Position numbers and translations under genes: made by a program. The notes beneath the pieces are model-generated. The model ran no database searches. It was not told where the DNA came from and saw only the letters and a program-made list of their open reading frames with translations. Shown in pieces: positions 24,753-34,036 of a stretch of DNA of 64,000 bases. Numbering within the stretch: the stretch's first letter is position 1; each line of letters begins with the position of its first letter. Source of the DNA: Oscillospiraceae bacterium (GTDB lineage Bacteria > Bacillota > Clostridia > Oscillospirales > JAAYXM01); assembly GCA_017421025.1 (NCBI GenBank), contig JAFQME010000024.1:68134-132133 (forward strand), in the 5' to 3' direction.

Positions 24753-25607
24753 ATGGCACTCAACAACTTTATTCCGCAGGTGTGGAGCGCACGCCTGCTC
24801 GAGAACCTGGAGAAGAATCATGTGTTTGCAGGTGTGGCAAACCGCACCTATGAAGGCGATATCCGTGCTTGCGGCGATCAGGTCAAGATCAATTCCATCG
24901 GCCCGATCAGCATTGGCACTTACACCAAGAACACCAACATCGAAGATCCGGAAACCCTGACCGATGCACAGATGGTATTGAACATCGATCAGGCGAAGTA
25001 CTTCAACTTCCAGATCGATGATGTTGACGCAGCACAGCAGTCGCCCAAGGTAATGGATGCGGCAATGCGTGCCGCAGCATATGCTCTGGCAGATGAAGCA
25101 GACCGCTTTATTGCAAATCTTTATTCGCAGGCAGCGGAGAAAAACTGCATCGGCACCAGCGAAACTCCGATGGAGCTCGAAGATGCCACCGAAGCATATC
25201 AGTATCTCGTACAGCTTGCGGTCAAGCTGGATGAGGCAAACGTTCCGCAGGCGGGTCGCTGGGTCATTGTTCCGGCATGGTTCCATGCAGCACTGCTCAT
25301 GGATCCCCGCTTTGTGCAGGCAGGCACCTCTGCTTCCGACCGCATTCTGCGTGTCGGTGAAGTGGGTGAGGCGGCAGGCTTTACCATCCTGACCTCCAAC
25401 AACGTCGCTTTGGATCAGGGTGCATACAAGATCATGTGCGGTGCAGAGCGTACCATTGCATATGCAGAGCAGATCACCGAAGTCAGTGCATACCGTCCGG
25501 AAAAACGCTTCGCAGATGCACTTAAGGGTCTGCATCTCTACGGTGCGAAGGTGGTCGACAGTGACGCACTTGCAGTCCTCTCGGTCAAACGCCCGGAGAC
25601 CCTGTAA
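24753..25607 (+). CDS. Major capsid protein (XkdG-like)
   Basis: 284 aa. AAGGAGGA RBS. MALNNFIPQVWSARLLENLEKNHVFAG is typical of this capsid family. Position is after the scaffold. Confidence 0.8.
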   Translation: MALNNFIPQVWSARLLENLEKNHVFAGVANRTYEGDIRACGDQVKINSIGPISIGTYTKNTNIEDPETLTDAQMVLNIDQAKYFNFQIDDVDAAQQSPKVMDAAMRAAAYALADEADRFIANLYSQAAEKNCIGTSETPMELEDATEAYQYLVQLAVKLDEANVPQAGRWVIVPAWFHAALLMDPRFVQAGTSASDRILRVGEVGEAAGFTILTSNNVALDQGAYKIMCGAERTIAYAEQITEVSAYRPEKRFADALKGLHLYGAKVVDSDALAVLSVKRPETL

Positions 25608-25610
25608 GCC

Positions 25611-25889
25611 ATGGAGCAGGTGATACAGCGCCTGCGTGTGCTGGGCTATGAGATCGGAGAGGCTGAGCGTGACGGAGTGGAGCAGGCAATCGAGTTTGCC
25701 CGAGAAGAACTCTTGCGGCTCGCAAACCTGGAAGAACTTCCAACCGAATTGGAGGGGCTTTTGTGTGAGCGTGCTGCCGAGCGGTATCTCCTGATGCGTG
25801 GGGTACACCGTGTGAAATTGGGGGATCTCACGCTGGAACTTCGTGACACCCCGCCCGATGTTGCACGGTATCGCAAGGTGGTGTGGTGA
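25611..25889 (+). CDS. Head-tail connector/DNA-packaging-like small protein (XkdH position)
   Basis: 92 aa. Called on synteny only. Confidence 0.5.
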   Translation: MEQVIQRLRVLGYEIGEAERDGVEQAIEFAREELLRLANLEELPTELEGLLCERAAERYLLMRGVHRVKLGDLTLELRDTPPDVARYRKVVW

Positions 25890-26212
25890 TGAGAGTTTTG
25901 TTTCCGCACACTTGCCGTGTGATTGCATACCGTGACACGATTGACCCCGTAAGCGGAGTGACAAAACAGACGCCGCACACACTGATTGAGTCCTTGCCCT
26001 GCATGGTTTCCTTTCGCCGCTCCCCGGAAGGGGAGCGGGAGGATGGGGCTGTGGTGTTTCGACAGGGCATCCGCTTGTATGCCCCGCCGCAGACCGAGCT
26101 TCCGCCCGGATGTGCGGTGGAGTTTGGCGGGCGTGTGTACCGACACAGCGGAATGGACGCAAGCTACCCCAGCCACACAGAATTTGACTTGATATTGGAG
26201 GGGAAAGCATGA
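25889..26212 (+). CDS. Head-tail adaptor-like protein (XkdI position)
   Basis: ATG 25889 overlaps the upstream TGA (GTG 25883 is an alternative). Called on synteny only. Confidence 0.5.
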   Translation: MRVLFPHTCRVIAYRDTIDPVSGVTKQTPHTLIESLPCMVSFRRSPEGEREDGAVVFRQGIRLYAPPQTELPPGCAVEFGGRVYRHSGMDASYPSHTEFDLILEGKA

Positions 26213-26589
26213 TCGAACTGATTACCAAAAAATTGCATGACACCTTGGGGGTAACCGTGTATGCCGAAACCGTACCGCAGGGGCTGAATACGCCGAGTAT
26301 TTCGGTATTTGCAAAGGAACTCAAAGTCCTGGGAGAATGCGAGGGCTGGATTCTTTGCAAAGCCGAGTTTCGTGCGGTGGTACGAGAACTGCCTGCCGAG
26401 TTGGTGGCGGATGCACTCGGATTCGTCACTGACCGGGAGGGACAAGTGTACCGTGGTGAGGAGATTTACGCTACGGCAGACGAGGGACAAACCGAGGTGT
26501 ATGTGACGTTTCGGTACCGTGCCCGTGTGACGGAAACGATCGAGGCGGCACCCCTCATGGAAGTAATGACACAAAATACGGAGGTTTGA
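26209..26589 (+). CDS. Tail-completion/minor head-tail protein (XkdJ position)
   Basis: 126 aa. ATGA overlap. Called on synteny only. Confidence 0.5.
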   Translation: MIELITKKLHDTLGVTVYAETVPQGLNTPSISVFAKELKVLGECEGWILCKAEFRAVVRELPAELVADALGFVTDREGQVYRGEEIYATADEGQTEVYVTFRYRARVTETIEAAPLMEVMTQNTEV

Positions 26590-26590
26590 G

Positions 26591-26746
26591 ATGGAAGAAA
26601 TGAGATATACATTGGAGCAGCTGTTGGAAAGCAGTCGTTTCCGCCGCCGTGCGGATGCACTGAAAACCATCCTGCCCGACGGGGAATATACCCTTGAAGA
26701 AGCGGATGCGGCACTTACCGCATTCATGGAAAGGAGTGTGAAGTAA
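26591..26746 (+). CDS. Small hypothetical phage protein (51 aa)
   Basis: ATG lies 2 nt after the upstream stop. Product is MEEMRYTLEQLLESSRFRRRADALKTILPDGEYTLEEADAALTAFMERSVK. The stop abuts the sheath ATG. It is below the ORF-track size cutoff. Confidence 0.5.
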   Translation: MEEMRYTLEQLLESSRFRRRADALKTILPDGEYTLEEADAALTAFMERSVK

Positions 26747-28021
26747 ATGGCACTTGGAAACGGTACCTTCAGCGTACAGAACAAGGTTCTGCCGGGAAGT
26801 TATGTGAAGTTTATCAGCGCAGTTCGTGCAAACGCTTCTCTTTCTGAGCGTGGTGTGACAGCACTGATGCTCCCAACCCTTTGGAATCCGGGAGTTCTCG
26901 TCACATTGCATCCCGAGGATTTGGCGAAAAGCGAAAGCCTCTTTGGCTATGCACCGGAGAGTGCGGAACTGCGTCCGTTGCGTGAAGCATTTTGTTCGTG
27001 CGGGACGGTGTTGGTCTACACCGTGGGTGCAGGGACGATCGCATCCTGCGAAATCGGGAACGCGGCAAAAGCCGGGAGTTTCGGCAATCAGATTCGTGTC
27101 ATTGTCAGCCAAAACCCGGATTGGACTGCCGTAAATATGAAGATGGACGTTGTGACCACATTAAACGGGGTGGAAGTGGACCGCCAGACCGGGGTCAATG
27201 CGAGTGTAATCCAGGGCGAAATCAAGTCGAACGACTTTGTCACGTTTGATCAGCTGGCAGTGCTGGATCGCCCCACTACATATGCGATGAGCGGCGGCAG
27301 CAGTGAGACTGTGACCGTGGCACACTACCAGGCGGGCTTAGACCGTTTGGAGCGTGAGACCTTCAACACCCTTGCTTACGGCGGAAGTGATTCGGAGATC
27401 AAAAGCTTATTTGCCAACTACACCCGCAGAATGCGTGAGGAGTGCGGCGCACTGTTCCAGTGTGTTCTGCACGGACAGGATGCCAATTACCGTGGTGTGG
27501 TCAACGCTGCAAATGCGGATGCTGTGGATTGGATTGCAGGTGCGCTGGCAGGCTGCGCACTCAATGCGAGTTTGACCAATCTGGAATACAACGGGGAATG
27601 CAGCCTGGAACTCCCGGAAACACGGGAGGATCTGCTTTCCCTGATGGAAGCACGTCAGTTTGCGTTCCACAGTGTGGGTGGCTCGCCCCGTGTCCTCGCT
27701 GACATCAACTCGGAGGATGATCCGCTCTTCGGACAGAATCAGGCACTGCGTGTGCTGGATCAGGTGGCGGGAGACATTGCAACCCTGTTTTCCACCAGTT
27801 ATTTGGGCAAAATCCAGAACAACAGCGCAGGCCGCATGAGTTTTTGGAACGACACCGTGCATCTGTTCAACCAGCTTTCTCAACTGGGTGCGATTGAGGA
27901 CTTCTCTTCGCAGGATGTCACGGTAGAGGAAGGAAGCGAGAAAAATGCGGTGACTGTTACCGCACAGATTCGTCCGGTATGCAGCATGGAGAAGCTGTAT
28001 TTTACCGTGACGGTTATTTAA
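26747..28021 (+). CDS. Contractile tail sheath protein (XkdK-like)
   Basis: 424 aa. MALGNGTFSVQNKVLPGSYVKFISA is a typical sheath N-terminus. Followed by the tube gene. Confidence 0.85.
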   Translation: MALGNGTFSVQNKVLPGSYVKFISAVRANASLSERGVTALMLPTLWNPGVLVTLHPEDLAKSESLFGYAPESAELRPLREAFCSCGTVLVYTVGAGTIASCEIGNAAKAGSFGNQIRVIVSQNPDWTAVNMKMDVVTTLNGVEVDRQTGVNASVIQGEIKSNDFVTFDQLAVLDRPTTYAMSGGSSETVTVAHYQAGLDRLERETFNTLAYGGSDSEIKSLFANYTRRMREECGALFQCVLHGQDANYRGVVNAANADAVDWIAGALAGCALNASLTNLEYNGECSLELPETREDLLSLMEARQFAFHSVGGSPRVLADINSEDDPLFGQNQALRVLDQVAGDIATLFSTSYLGKIQNNSAGRMSFWNDTVHLFNQLSQLGAIEDFSSQDVTVEEGSEKNAVTVTAQIRPVCSMEKLYFTVTVI

Positions 28022-28032
28022 GGAGGTAGAGT

Positions 28033-28503
28033 ATGAGTATTACGATGAGTCCTGCGGATGTAGTCAATGCCGGTATGGCGAAATGCTATGTCAACGTGGG
28101 TGGTCGACGCTATCTCATGATGATGGCGCGTGATTTTGAAGCGAAGTTCAAGAAAAAGACGGCGGCAGTTCCGATTTTGGGACGTAGAATGACCGGACAC
28201 AAATCCACCGGTGCAGAAGGAATTTTTTCCATGACCATTTACAAAGTGACCGATCTCTTTGATGAGATGTGCCAAGCCTATCAGGAAAGCGGCGATGAGA
28301 TCACCTTTGACATTATGGTCACGGTAAGTGATCCGCAGAGTTCTGCCGGGACCTCCTCCAAGATCTTCCATGACTGCGTGCTTTCGGGCGAGGTCGGTCT
28401 TGCGGCACTCAGCGCAGAAAACAAGTGGCTGGAGCAGACTGTGGAAGGTTATTTCGACAACTTTGAAATCTACCAGAAGTTTGCCGACCCGAAGGAGATG
28501 TAA
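28033..28503 (+). CDS. Tail tube protein (XkdM-like)
   Basis: 156 aa. AAGGAGG RBS. Position and size fit. Confidence 0.75.
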   Translation: MSITMSPADVVNAGMAKCYVNVGGRRYLMMMARDFEAKFKKKTAAVPILGRRMTGHKSTGAEGIFSMTIYKVTDLFDEMCQAYQESGDEITFDIMVTVSDPQSSAGTSSKIFHDCVLSGEVGLAALSAENKWLEQTVEGYFDNFEIYQKFADPKEM

Positions 28504-28887
28504 ATGGGACTGAGCGAATTCTTGCGTGAAAACGTTGGTACGTATCCGGAAAAGACGGTAAAACTTTCCGAGCGTTTGGGTGAGTTTACCGTGCGTGCGC
28601 TTTCTGCCGATGAGGATGCCGCTCTGCGTGCTCGCTGTACCGTGCGCATCGCAGACGGTCGTGGCGGGAGTTTTCCGGAAGTTGATCCAAACCGATACCT
28701 CCTTGCGGTTGCGGCGGAGAGCGTGGTGTATCCGGATCTCTCAAGTGTCGAGCTTCAGGATTCCTACCACACCATCGGGCGTGAGGATACCCTGGTTGCC
28801 ATGCTGATGAAGCCTGAGTTTGACCGCTTATGTGAGTTTCTCACAGTGGAGGGGTTTGCGGAATTGGTGGACCGCGCAAAAAAATGA
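28504..28887 (+). CDS. Tail assembly chaperone (XkdN-like)
   Basis: 127 aa, between the tube gene and the TMP slot. Ends on the slippery run GCA AAA AAA TGA. Confidence 0.7.
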   Translation: MGLSEFLRENVGTYPEKTVKLSERLGEFTVRALSADEDAALRARCTVRIADGRGGSFPEVDPNRYLLAVAAESVVYPDLSSVELQDSYHTIGREDTLVAMLMKPEFDRLCEFLTVEGFAELVDRAKK

Positions 28888-29027
28888 TCCGCGGCGGCGG
28901 CAGTGACGCACGGCTTGCATGTGACTGTCTCATGCGCTTTGGCTGGCCGCCGTCGCAAACCATGCGTCTGAGTGCGAGAGAGCGGGCATTTGTCTGCGCC
29001 GCACTGGAGGAAGGAGGAACATTATGA
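28878..29027 (+). other. Putative -1 programmed frameshift site (A AAA AAA) and 47-codon extension of the tail chaperone
   Basis: A7 run at 28878-28884. The -1 frame reads MIRGGGSDARLACDCLMRFGWPPSQTMRLSARERAFVCAALEEGGTL* and stops at 29025-29027, overlapping ATG 29024 of the next gene. Confidence 0.55.
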
Positions 29028-29734
29028 CCATTTGGGCAAATCGACTCTATCCTCGGGAGGGGGCGGCATATTCCGCCCCCTTTGGGGGGACCTCGGAGCC
29101 GCCGATCCCCGTGTTGGAACGGGTGAGAACGCCCCGTGCTGCAACGGCGGAACAACCCGTGGCTGTAAATCCGGGGCAGCCTTCGGTTGAGAGTCGCCCG
29201 ACGGTGTATCGCAGTACATACAACACCGAGAACAATGCAGCAGTGTATCAAAACGCAAACAACACCGAAAACAACTCGGCGGTGTATCAAAACGACTACA
29301 ATACCGAAAACAACTCGGCGGTGTATCAAAACGCACATAACACCGAAAACAACTCGGCGGTGTACCGAAGCGATTACAACACCGAGAACAACTCGGCGGT
29401 GTACCGAAACGATTACAACACCGAGAACAACTCGGCGGTGTACCGAAACGATTACAACACCGAAAACAGTTCGGCGGTGTACCGAAACGACTACAACACC
29501 GAAAACAGTTCGGCAGTGTACCAAAACGACTACAACACGCAAACTCATTCTGCGGCGTATCGCAAGGAATACAATACCGAGAAGAATCAAACCGTGTACC
29601 ACACCGAGGTGCGTGTGGATGTGGTCAACCACAACCAAATCAAAAGCGGAGAGGATATGGAAGCGTTGGCAGAACGCTTTGCCGAGGCGCTGCGTGAGCG
29701 TATCTTCTCGGCTGCCGAGGGGGTGTATGCATGA
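29024..29734 (+). CDS. 236-aa Tyr/Asn-rich repeat protein occupying the tape-measure position
   Basis: The gene is translationally coupled on both sides. About ten 13-aa repeats of the form AVY(Q/R)NDYNTENNS are followed by the C-terminal helical segment EDMEALAERFAEALRERIF. Confidence 0.7.
   Translation: MTIWANRLYPREGAAYSAPFGGTSEPPIPVLERVRTPRAATAEQPVAVNPGQPSVESRPTVYRSTYNTENNAAVYQNANNTENNSAVYQNDYNTENNSAVYQNAHNTENNSAVYRSDYNTENNSAVYRNDYNTENNSAVYRNDYNTENSSAVYRNDYNTENSSAVYQNDYNTQTHSAAYRKEYNTEKNQTVYHTEVRVDVVNHNQIKSGEDMEALAERFAEALRERIFSAAEGVYA
29204..29593 (+). repeat. Tandem array of ten in-frame 39-nt repeats
   Basis: Unit starts fall at 29204, 29243, 29282, 29321, 29360, 29399, 29438, 29477, 29516 and 29555. 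Central units are near-identical and outer units are diverged. Confidence 0.9.
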
Positions 29735-30372
29735 GTTTTCGAGTCAAACTCGGGGAAATCACCTTCCCGGTTGCACCAACGAAAATCACAGTGGTACAAA
29801 AAAGCCGAAACCGCACGGTGGATCTCATTGACGGGAGTCAGACCGTGATTGCAAAGAAACCGTCACTCCGTGAGTACCGTATGGAACTCATTTTGCCACG
29901 CAGATTGTATCCGTTTGCCTTTTATGAAAGCGAATTTCTTCCGCCCGAGCATTTTTTGGATGCGGTAAATTCCTATGCGTATAGCGGAAAGGCGGTTAGC
30001 CTTGTCGTAGAACGGGGAGTTTCTTATGAGTCCTGCCCGGTCTTTGTCGGGGATGCCACTTGTGTGGAAAATGCGGCAGACGGTGAGGATGTTACGCTTA
30101 GCTTGACCTTGTTGGCGAGCGATGAGGAGAATGTGTATCCGAAGGTGCCGAAAACCTATTTTGCACGGACAGATGATACCTTGCGTCTGATTGCACGCAA
30201 GGTTTGGGGTGATGAAACACGTTGGACTGAGTTGTACCGTGCCAATCGGGATCAAATCGAGCATGCGGCACGCAAGGCGGGATTTGCAGACTCCCGCTTG
30301 GGCGAACGTCTGATTCCGAATCTCGAACTTGTGATTCCGCAGGAGGTGGACAGTTATGGCAAGCGGAGCTGA
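29731..30372 (+). CDS. LysM-domain tail protein (XkdP-like)
   Basis: C-terminal YFARTDDTLRLIARKVWGDETRWTELYRANRDQI is LysM-like. Synteny supports the call. Confidence 0.7.
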   Translation: MSFRVKLGEITFPVAPTKITVVQKSRNRTVDLIDGSQTVIAKKPSLREYRMELILPRRLYPFAFYESEFLPPEHFLDAVNSYAYSGKAVSLVVERGVSYESCPVFVGDATCVENAADGEDVTLSLTLLASDEENVYPKVPKTYFARTDDTLRLIARKVWGDETRWTELYRANRDQIEHAARKAGFADSRLGERLIPNLELVIPQEVDSYGKRS

Positions 30373-31870
30373 TGTGGTACGCACCGCAAAAAGCCAGCTG
30401 GGACTTTCTGGTGCCAGCCGCTACGGAGGCAAAGCCGGTGAGGCGTGGTGTTCTTATTTCGTGACTTGGTGTGCAAGAAAAGCCGGGGTAAAGGCAACCA
30501 TTGTGCCGAAAAAACCGAGATGTGACGATCTGCGTGCGTACTATATCGCAGACGGCTTCTACCACCCTCGCAGTGGCTACACACCCCGTGTGGGCGATAT
30601 CATTTGCTTCCATTGGGGCGATGCACAAGATGCGTATGCACATGTCCAACACGTTGGCTTGGTAAGCGGAGTGGATCAGACCTATGTCTACACGGTCGAG
30701 GGAAATGCGGGGCTGGAGGGCAAGGTGTGTGCCTTCCGCTACCGCAGAAACGCATATTCCATCCTGGGGTATTGCAGCCCGGCTTACGAGGAGAAGAGCG
30801 GGAAATCCAAGAAAACGGGCGGCTCTGCATCGAGTAGGAAGCTTCCCATCACCGAAACGAACGTTGCGGTGGTGGAGGAGCATCCGGTCATCACTCGTGT
30901 CACCGCCGACGGCAGGGTGGTGCCGACAACGCCGAAAAGCGGGGTCCTCACCATCGCAATCACAGCGGAGGGGAACACGTTTACCCCGAAAGTGTTGGCA
31001 GGCGCAAGCCTTTCCCATACACAGTGGGGTGCCGGAGTGCTGAACTTTGAGGTGCTGCCTGGCGGGAATTCGTTCTTTGAAGGCAGCCGTGTGTATGCCG
31101 CCTCAGGGGAAACACCGCTCTTTTACGGATATGTCTTTTCCAAAACCCGGGATGAGGATGGGGTCATTCGTGTGACCGCATACGACAGCCTGCGTTACTT
31201 CAAAAACAAAGACACCTATATCTATGAAAACAAGACCGCATCCGCACTCTTTTCCGCCATCTGCCGTGACCACGGGATTGCCAAATACCATGCGGAGGAG
31301 AGTGGCGTGACACTTCCGTATCGGGTGGAGGACAACAACACCCTGTTGGACATCATGGAATACGCCTTGTGTGAGACCGAAAAGAAAAGCGGAGTGCGGT
31401 ATGTCCTGCGGGATGAGGCGGGGACGCTCACACTGCGTCGTGCAAAAGCGAGCGGTGTGGTGTTGGATGAACACAACATCACAGGCTTTTCCTACACCTC
31501 CTCGATTGACGGAAGTCTCAACCGGGTCAAAACCGTCACCGAAGGGGACGGGGTGCGGAACATCCGCTTGGTGCAGGACTCGGAATCCATTTCACGCTTC
31601 GGTCTGCTGCAAACCGTGTTAAAACAGCGTGAGTATGATTTGAACGCCGCCCGTGAATTGCTCAACTCCAAAGCCGGAGTACGCCGCAAACTCAAACTTC
31701 AGGTGCGTGGCGACACCCGACTGTTGGCGGGCGACACCGTGGTGGTACGGGGTGTGTGGGGAGATGTCACGCTCAACAACGAGTTTTACATCGCATCCTC
31801 CCACCATGTATGGGACGGGACACACCACAGCACCACTGTGACTCTGGAAGGGGGCGATTTTGATGCATGA
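30356..31870 (+). CDS. CHAP/NlpC-P60-type peptidoglycan hydrolase fused to XkdQ-like (gpD-like) baseplate hub protein
   Basis: The N-terminus GEAWCSYFVTWCARKAG...HVQHVGLV...VEGN gives a Cys/His CHAP pattern. The C-terminal ~330 aa sit at the XkdQ position. Confidence 0.7.
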   Translation: MASGADVVRTAKSQLGLSGASRYGGKAGEAWCSYFVTWCARKAGVKATIVPKKPRCDDLRAYYIADGFYHPRSGYTPRVGDIICFHWGDAQDAYAHVQHVGLVSGVDQTYVYTVEGNAGLEGKVCAFRYRRNAYSILGYCSPAYEEKSGKSKKTGGSASSRKLPITETNVAVVEEHPVITRVTADGRVVPTTPKSGVLTIAITAEGNTFTPKVLAGASLSHTQWGAGVLNFEVLPGGNSFFEGSRVYAASGETPLFYGYVFSKTRDEDGVIRVTAYDSLRYFKNKDTYIYENKTASALFSAICRDHGIAKYHAEESGVTLPYRVEDNNTLLDIMEYALCETEKKSGVRYVLRDEAGTLTLRRAKASGVVLDEHNITGFSYTSSIDGSLNRVKTVTEGDGVRNIRLVQDSESISRFGLLQTVLKQREYDLNAARELLNSKAGVRRKLKLQVRGDTRLLAGDTVVVRGVWGDVTLNNEFYIASSHHVWDGTHHSTTVTLEGGDFDA

Positions 31871-32108
31871 GTTGGTGGATCTCATCCGACTCGCCGCTTT
31901 GCAGGCGGTTGAAAACACCCAACCCGTTGACGTGGTGTGCGGACGGGTGGAAGAGGCAGCGCCGCTGAACATTACGATTGAGGGCGCACCGGTTCGGTTG
32001 CTGCTGCGTGCAAATCAGCCCGAACTTGCAAAAGATGATACGGTCTTGCTCCTGCGCTTGCAGGGCGGACAGGCATTTTTGATTTTGGATAAGGCGGTGG
32101 AAGTATGA
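31863..32108 (+). CDS. XkdR-like small baseplate protein (DUF2577-like)
   Basis: 81 aa. Synteny. ATG 31863 overlaps the upstream gene end. Confidence 0.55.
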   Translation: MHELVDLIRLAALQAVENTQPVDVVCGRVEEAAPLNITIEGAPVRLLLRANQPELAKDDTVLLLRLQGGQAFLILDKAVEV

Positions 32109-32467
32109 TACCGAATGTGAGTGTTTCCGCATATGCCGCATATGACGGAGAGCGTGATTACACCTTAAAAGACGGGCGCATGGGACCCATCTCGCAGGGG
32201 CGGGAGACCCTTCCGGGCTGGATTACGGTTGCCCTGACCACAGAGCGGGGAGCGTACCCCATTTTTTCCAAGGAATTCGGGATTCCGCTTTCCGGTGCGG
32301 ATGACCGAAGTTTGGAACGTGCTGTGCGCAGCGCACTCATGCGGGATGAACGCATCCGCTCGGTCGATGAGGTGAAGATTTTAAGAGAAAGGGGAGAAGT
32401 CTCGGTGCGTCTGAACGTGCAGACGGTCTATGGCGTTTGCGAGACCGAAACAAAACTCAATGTTTGA
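32105..32467 (+). CDS. XkdS-like baseplate protein (gp25/W-like)
   Basis: 120 aa. ATGA overlap. Synteny. Confidence 0.55.
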   Translation: MIPNVSVSAYAAYDGERDYTLKDGRMGPISQGRETLPGWITVALTTERGAYPIFSKEFGIPLSGADDRSLERAVRSALMRDERIRSVDEVKILRERGEVSVRLNVQTVYGVCETETKLNV

Positions 32468-33494
32468 AGGATATACCTATGAAACTGTGTTGGGGCGCAT
32501 GCTGGACCGCCTGCCCCCGACACTGGATCGGCGTGAGGGCTCGTTTTTATACGCCGCCCTCGCCCCGACTGCGTGGGAACTGAGTGAGGCGTATGCCAAC
32601 TTGGAACGTGCATTGCAGGACGGTTTTGCCGCCACCGCAACACGGGAATCCCTGATTCTGCTTGGGCGGGAGCGAGGACTTGCACCCGAGCCTGCAACCT
32701 TTGCGTTGGTGGAGGTGAAATTCCCCACCGATTCTTTGGAAATCGGGAGTACGTGTACCACAGACGGACAGGCATTTTCGGTGGAAAGCCGAAAGGAAGA
32801 GAGCGTGTACCGCTTGCGTGCGAAAGCATCGGGCGAGATTGGAAACCTCGCCTTGGGAAAGACTTTGTTTTATTCCGCACAAGCGGGGAGTCTGCTGTGT
32901 GACGTGCTGAGTATCGTGTCGCCCGGGCTTCCCGAGGAGGACACCGAGAGTTTCCGTGCCCGATATTTTGACAGCCTTTCGGCACAGAGCTTTGGCGGAA
33001 ACCGTGCCGATTATGTGGAGCGTACCCGTGCGATTCCCGAGGTGGGCAGTGTGAAAATCCTGCCTGCCTGGAACGGCGAGGGGACGGTGAAGGTCATCTT
33101 CACCGATGAAAACGGTGCTGCCCCGAGTGAGGACCTGGTAAAAACCGTGCAGGAGCAGGTGGAGGGATTTGCCCCCATCGGACACACGGTCACCGTGGCC
33201 CCGGCAAGTCCGGTCTTCTTGGACGTCAGCGCAAAGCTGGAGTACGAAGAGGATGTGGATGTGGATGCGGTGCAAACCGCAGTCATGGATGCGTTGGTGG
33301 ATCGGTTTGATCTGCTGGTGCAGGAATGGCACGATCGGGAACAGAGCATTGTACGTTACGGGAAGATCCATGCGTGTATCTTGGATTGCGCCGGGGTGGC
33401 AGGTGTGACCGACCTTGTCATCGCAGGAGGAAGCGAAAGCCTGACCCTGCGACCCGAGGAGATCCCGGAACTCGGCGATCTGGTGATCGAATGA
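32460..33494 (+). CDS. Baseplate J-like protein (XkdT-like)
   Basis: MFEGYTYETVLGRMLDRLPPTLDRREGSFLYAALAPTAWEL is a typical baseplate J N-terminus. Confidence 0.8.
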   Translation: MFEGYTYETVLGRMLDRLPPTLDRREGSFLYAALAPTAWELSEAYANLERALQDGFAATATRESLILLGRERGLAPEPATFALVEVKFPTDSLEIGSTCTTDGQAFSVESRKEESVYRLRAKASGEIGNLALGKTLFYSAQAGSLLCDVLSIVSPGLPEEDTESFRARYFDSLSAQSFGGNRADYVERTRAIPEVGSVKILPAWNGEGTVKVIFTDENGAAPSEDLVKTVQEQVEGFAPIGHTVTVAPASPVFLDVSAKLEYEEDVDVDAVQTAVMDALVDRFDLLVQEWHDREQSIVRYGKIHACILDCAGVAGVTDLVIAGGSESLTLRPEEIPELGDLVIE

Positions 33495-34036
33495 AACTGA
33501 TTCGTCATCTTCCTCCGGTTTTGGCATCGGTTGCGGAATACCGTGCCCTTTGCGATACCGTGGAGGAGGAACTTGGTGAAATGCGGGCGATGATTGAGGC
33601 TGTGCGGAGGGAACTGGTCATTTCCACCGCACGGGAGGTGGGACTCACTGCCTGGGAGGAGATGCTGCTGCTTTCGGGGGACGGGAGTGTTGAAGAGCGC
33701 CGTGCCGCAATCCTCTCTTGGGTCACGCTTTCACGCCCGTACAGCATTTCCGCTTTGAATATGCGGCTGACCTTGCTGGTGGGAAAGCACGGCTATACCC
33801 TCCGGGTCTCGGACCGCACCGTCAAAGTCACGTTGAGTTTGGAAGCGAAAGGGGCATATGGCACAGTGTGCAAGATGCTGCGTGAGTTCCTGCCGTCAAA
33901 CATCAGCCTGACTGTGGAAATCAAACTGGCACGTTATGGGGAGTTGGAAGAACTCTCGCATGATACTCTGAGCCAATACACACATGAAATGATACGAAAT
34001 GAGGTGGCAACCAATGGAGCAAACAACATATTATAA
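33491..34036 (+). CDS. XkdU-like tail protein (DUF2313-like)
   Basis: ATGA overlap. MKLIRHLPPVLASVAEYRALCDTVEEEL is typical of the family. Confidence 0.65.
   Translation: MKLIRHLPPVLASVAEYRALCDTVEEELGEMRAMIEAVRRELVISTAREVGLTAWEEMLLLSGDGSVEERRAAILSWVTLSRPYSISALNMRLTLLVGKHGYTLRVSDRTVKVTLSLEAKGAYGTVCKMLREFLPSNISLTVEIKLARYGELEELSHDTLSQYTHEMIRNEVATNGANNIL

Noticed and set aside
24630-26429. 599-aa minus-strand ORF across the scaffold, capsid and head-tail genes
   Set aside because: It is antisense to a syntenic block of recognisable phage structural genes. It is Pro/Arg/Cys/His-rich, which is typical of GC-rich shadow frames.
29204-29593. Possible CRISPR array (regular 39-nt periodicity)
   Set aside because: The units are contiguous with no spacers, they lie in-frame inside a coding gene, and there are no cas genes in the window.
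28841-29831. Alternative-frame ORFs over the repeat array (28841-29638 minus, 265 aa; 29187-29831 plus, 214 aa)
   Set aside because: Their periodic sequences (VHRRVV..., TTPKTTRRC...) are just the 39-nt repeat read in other frames. Only the 29024 frame is translationally coupled to both neighbours.
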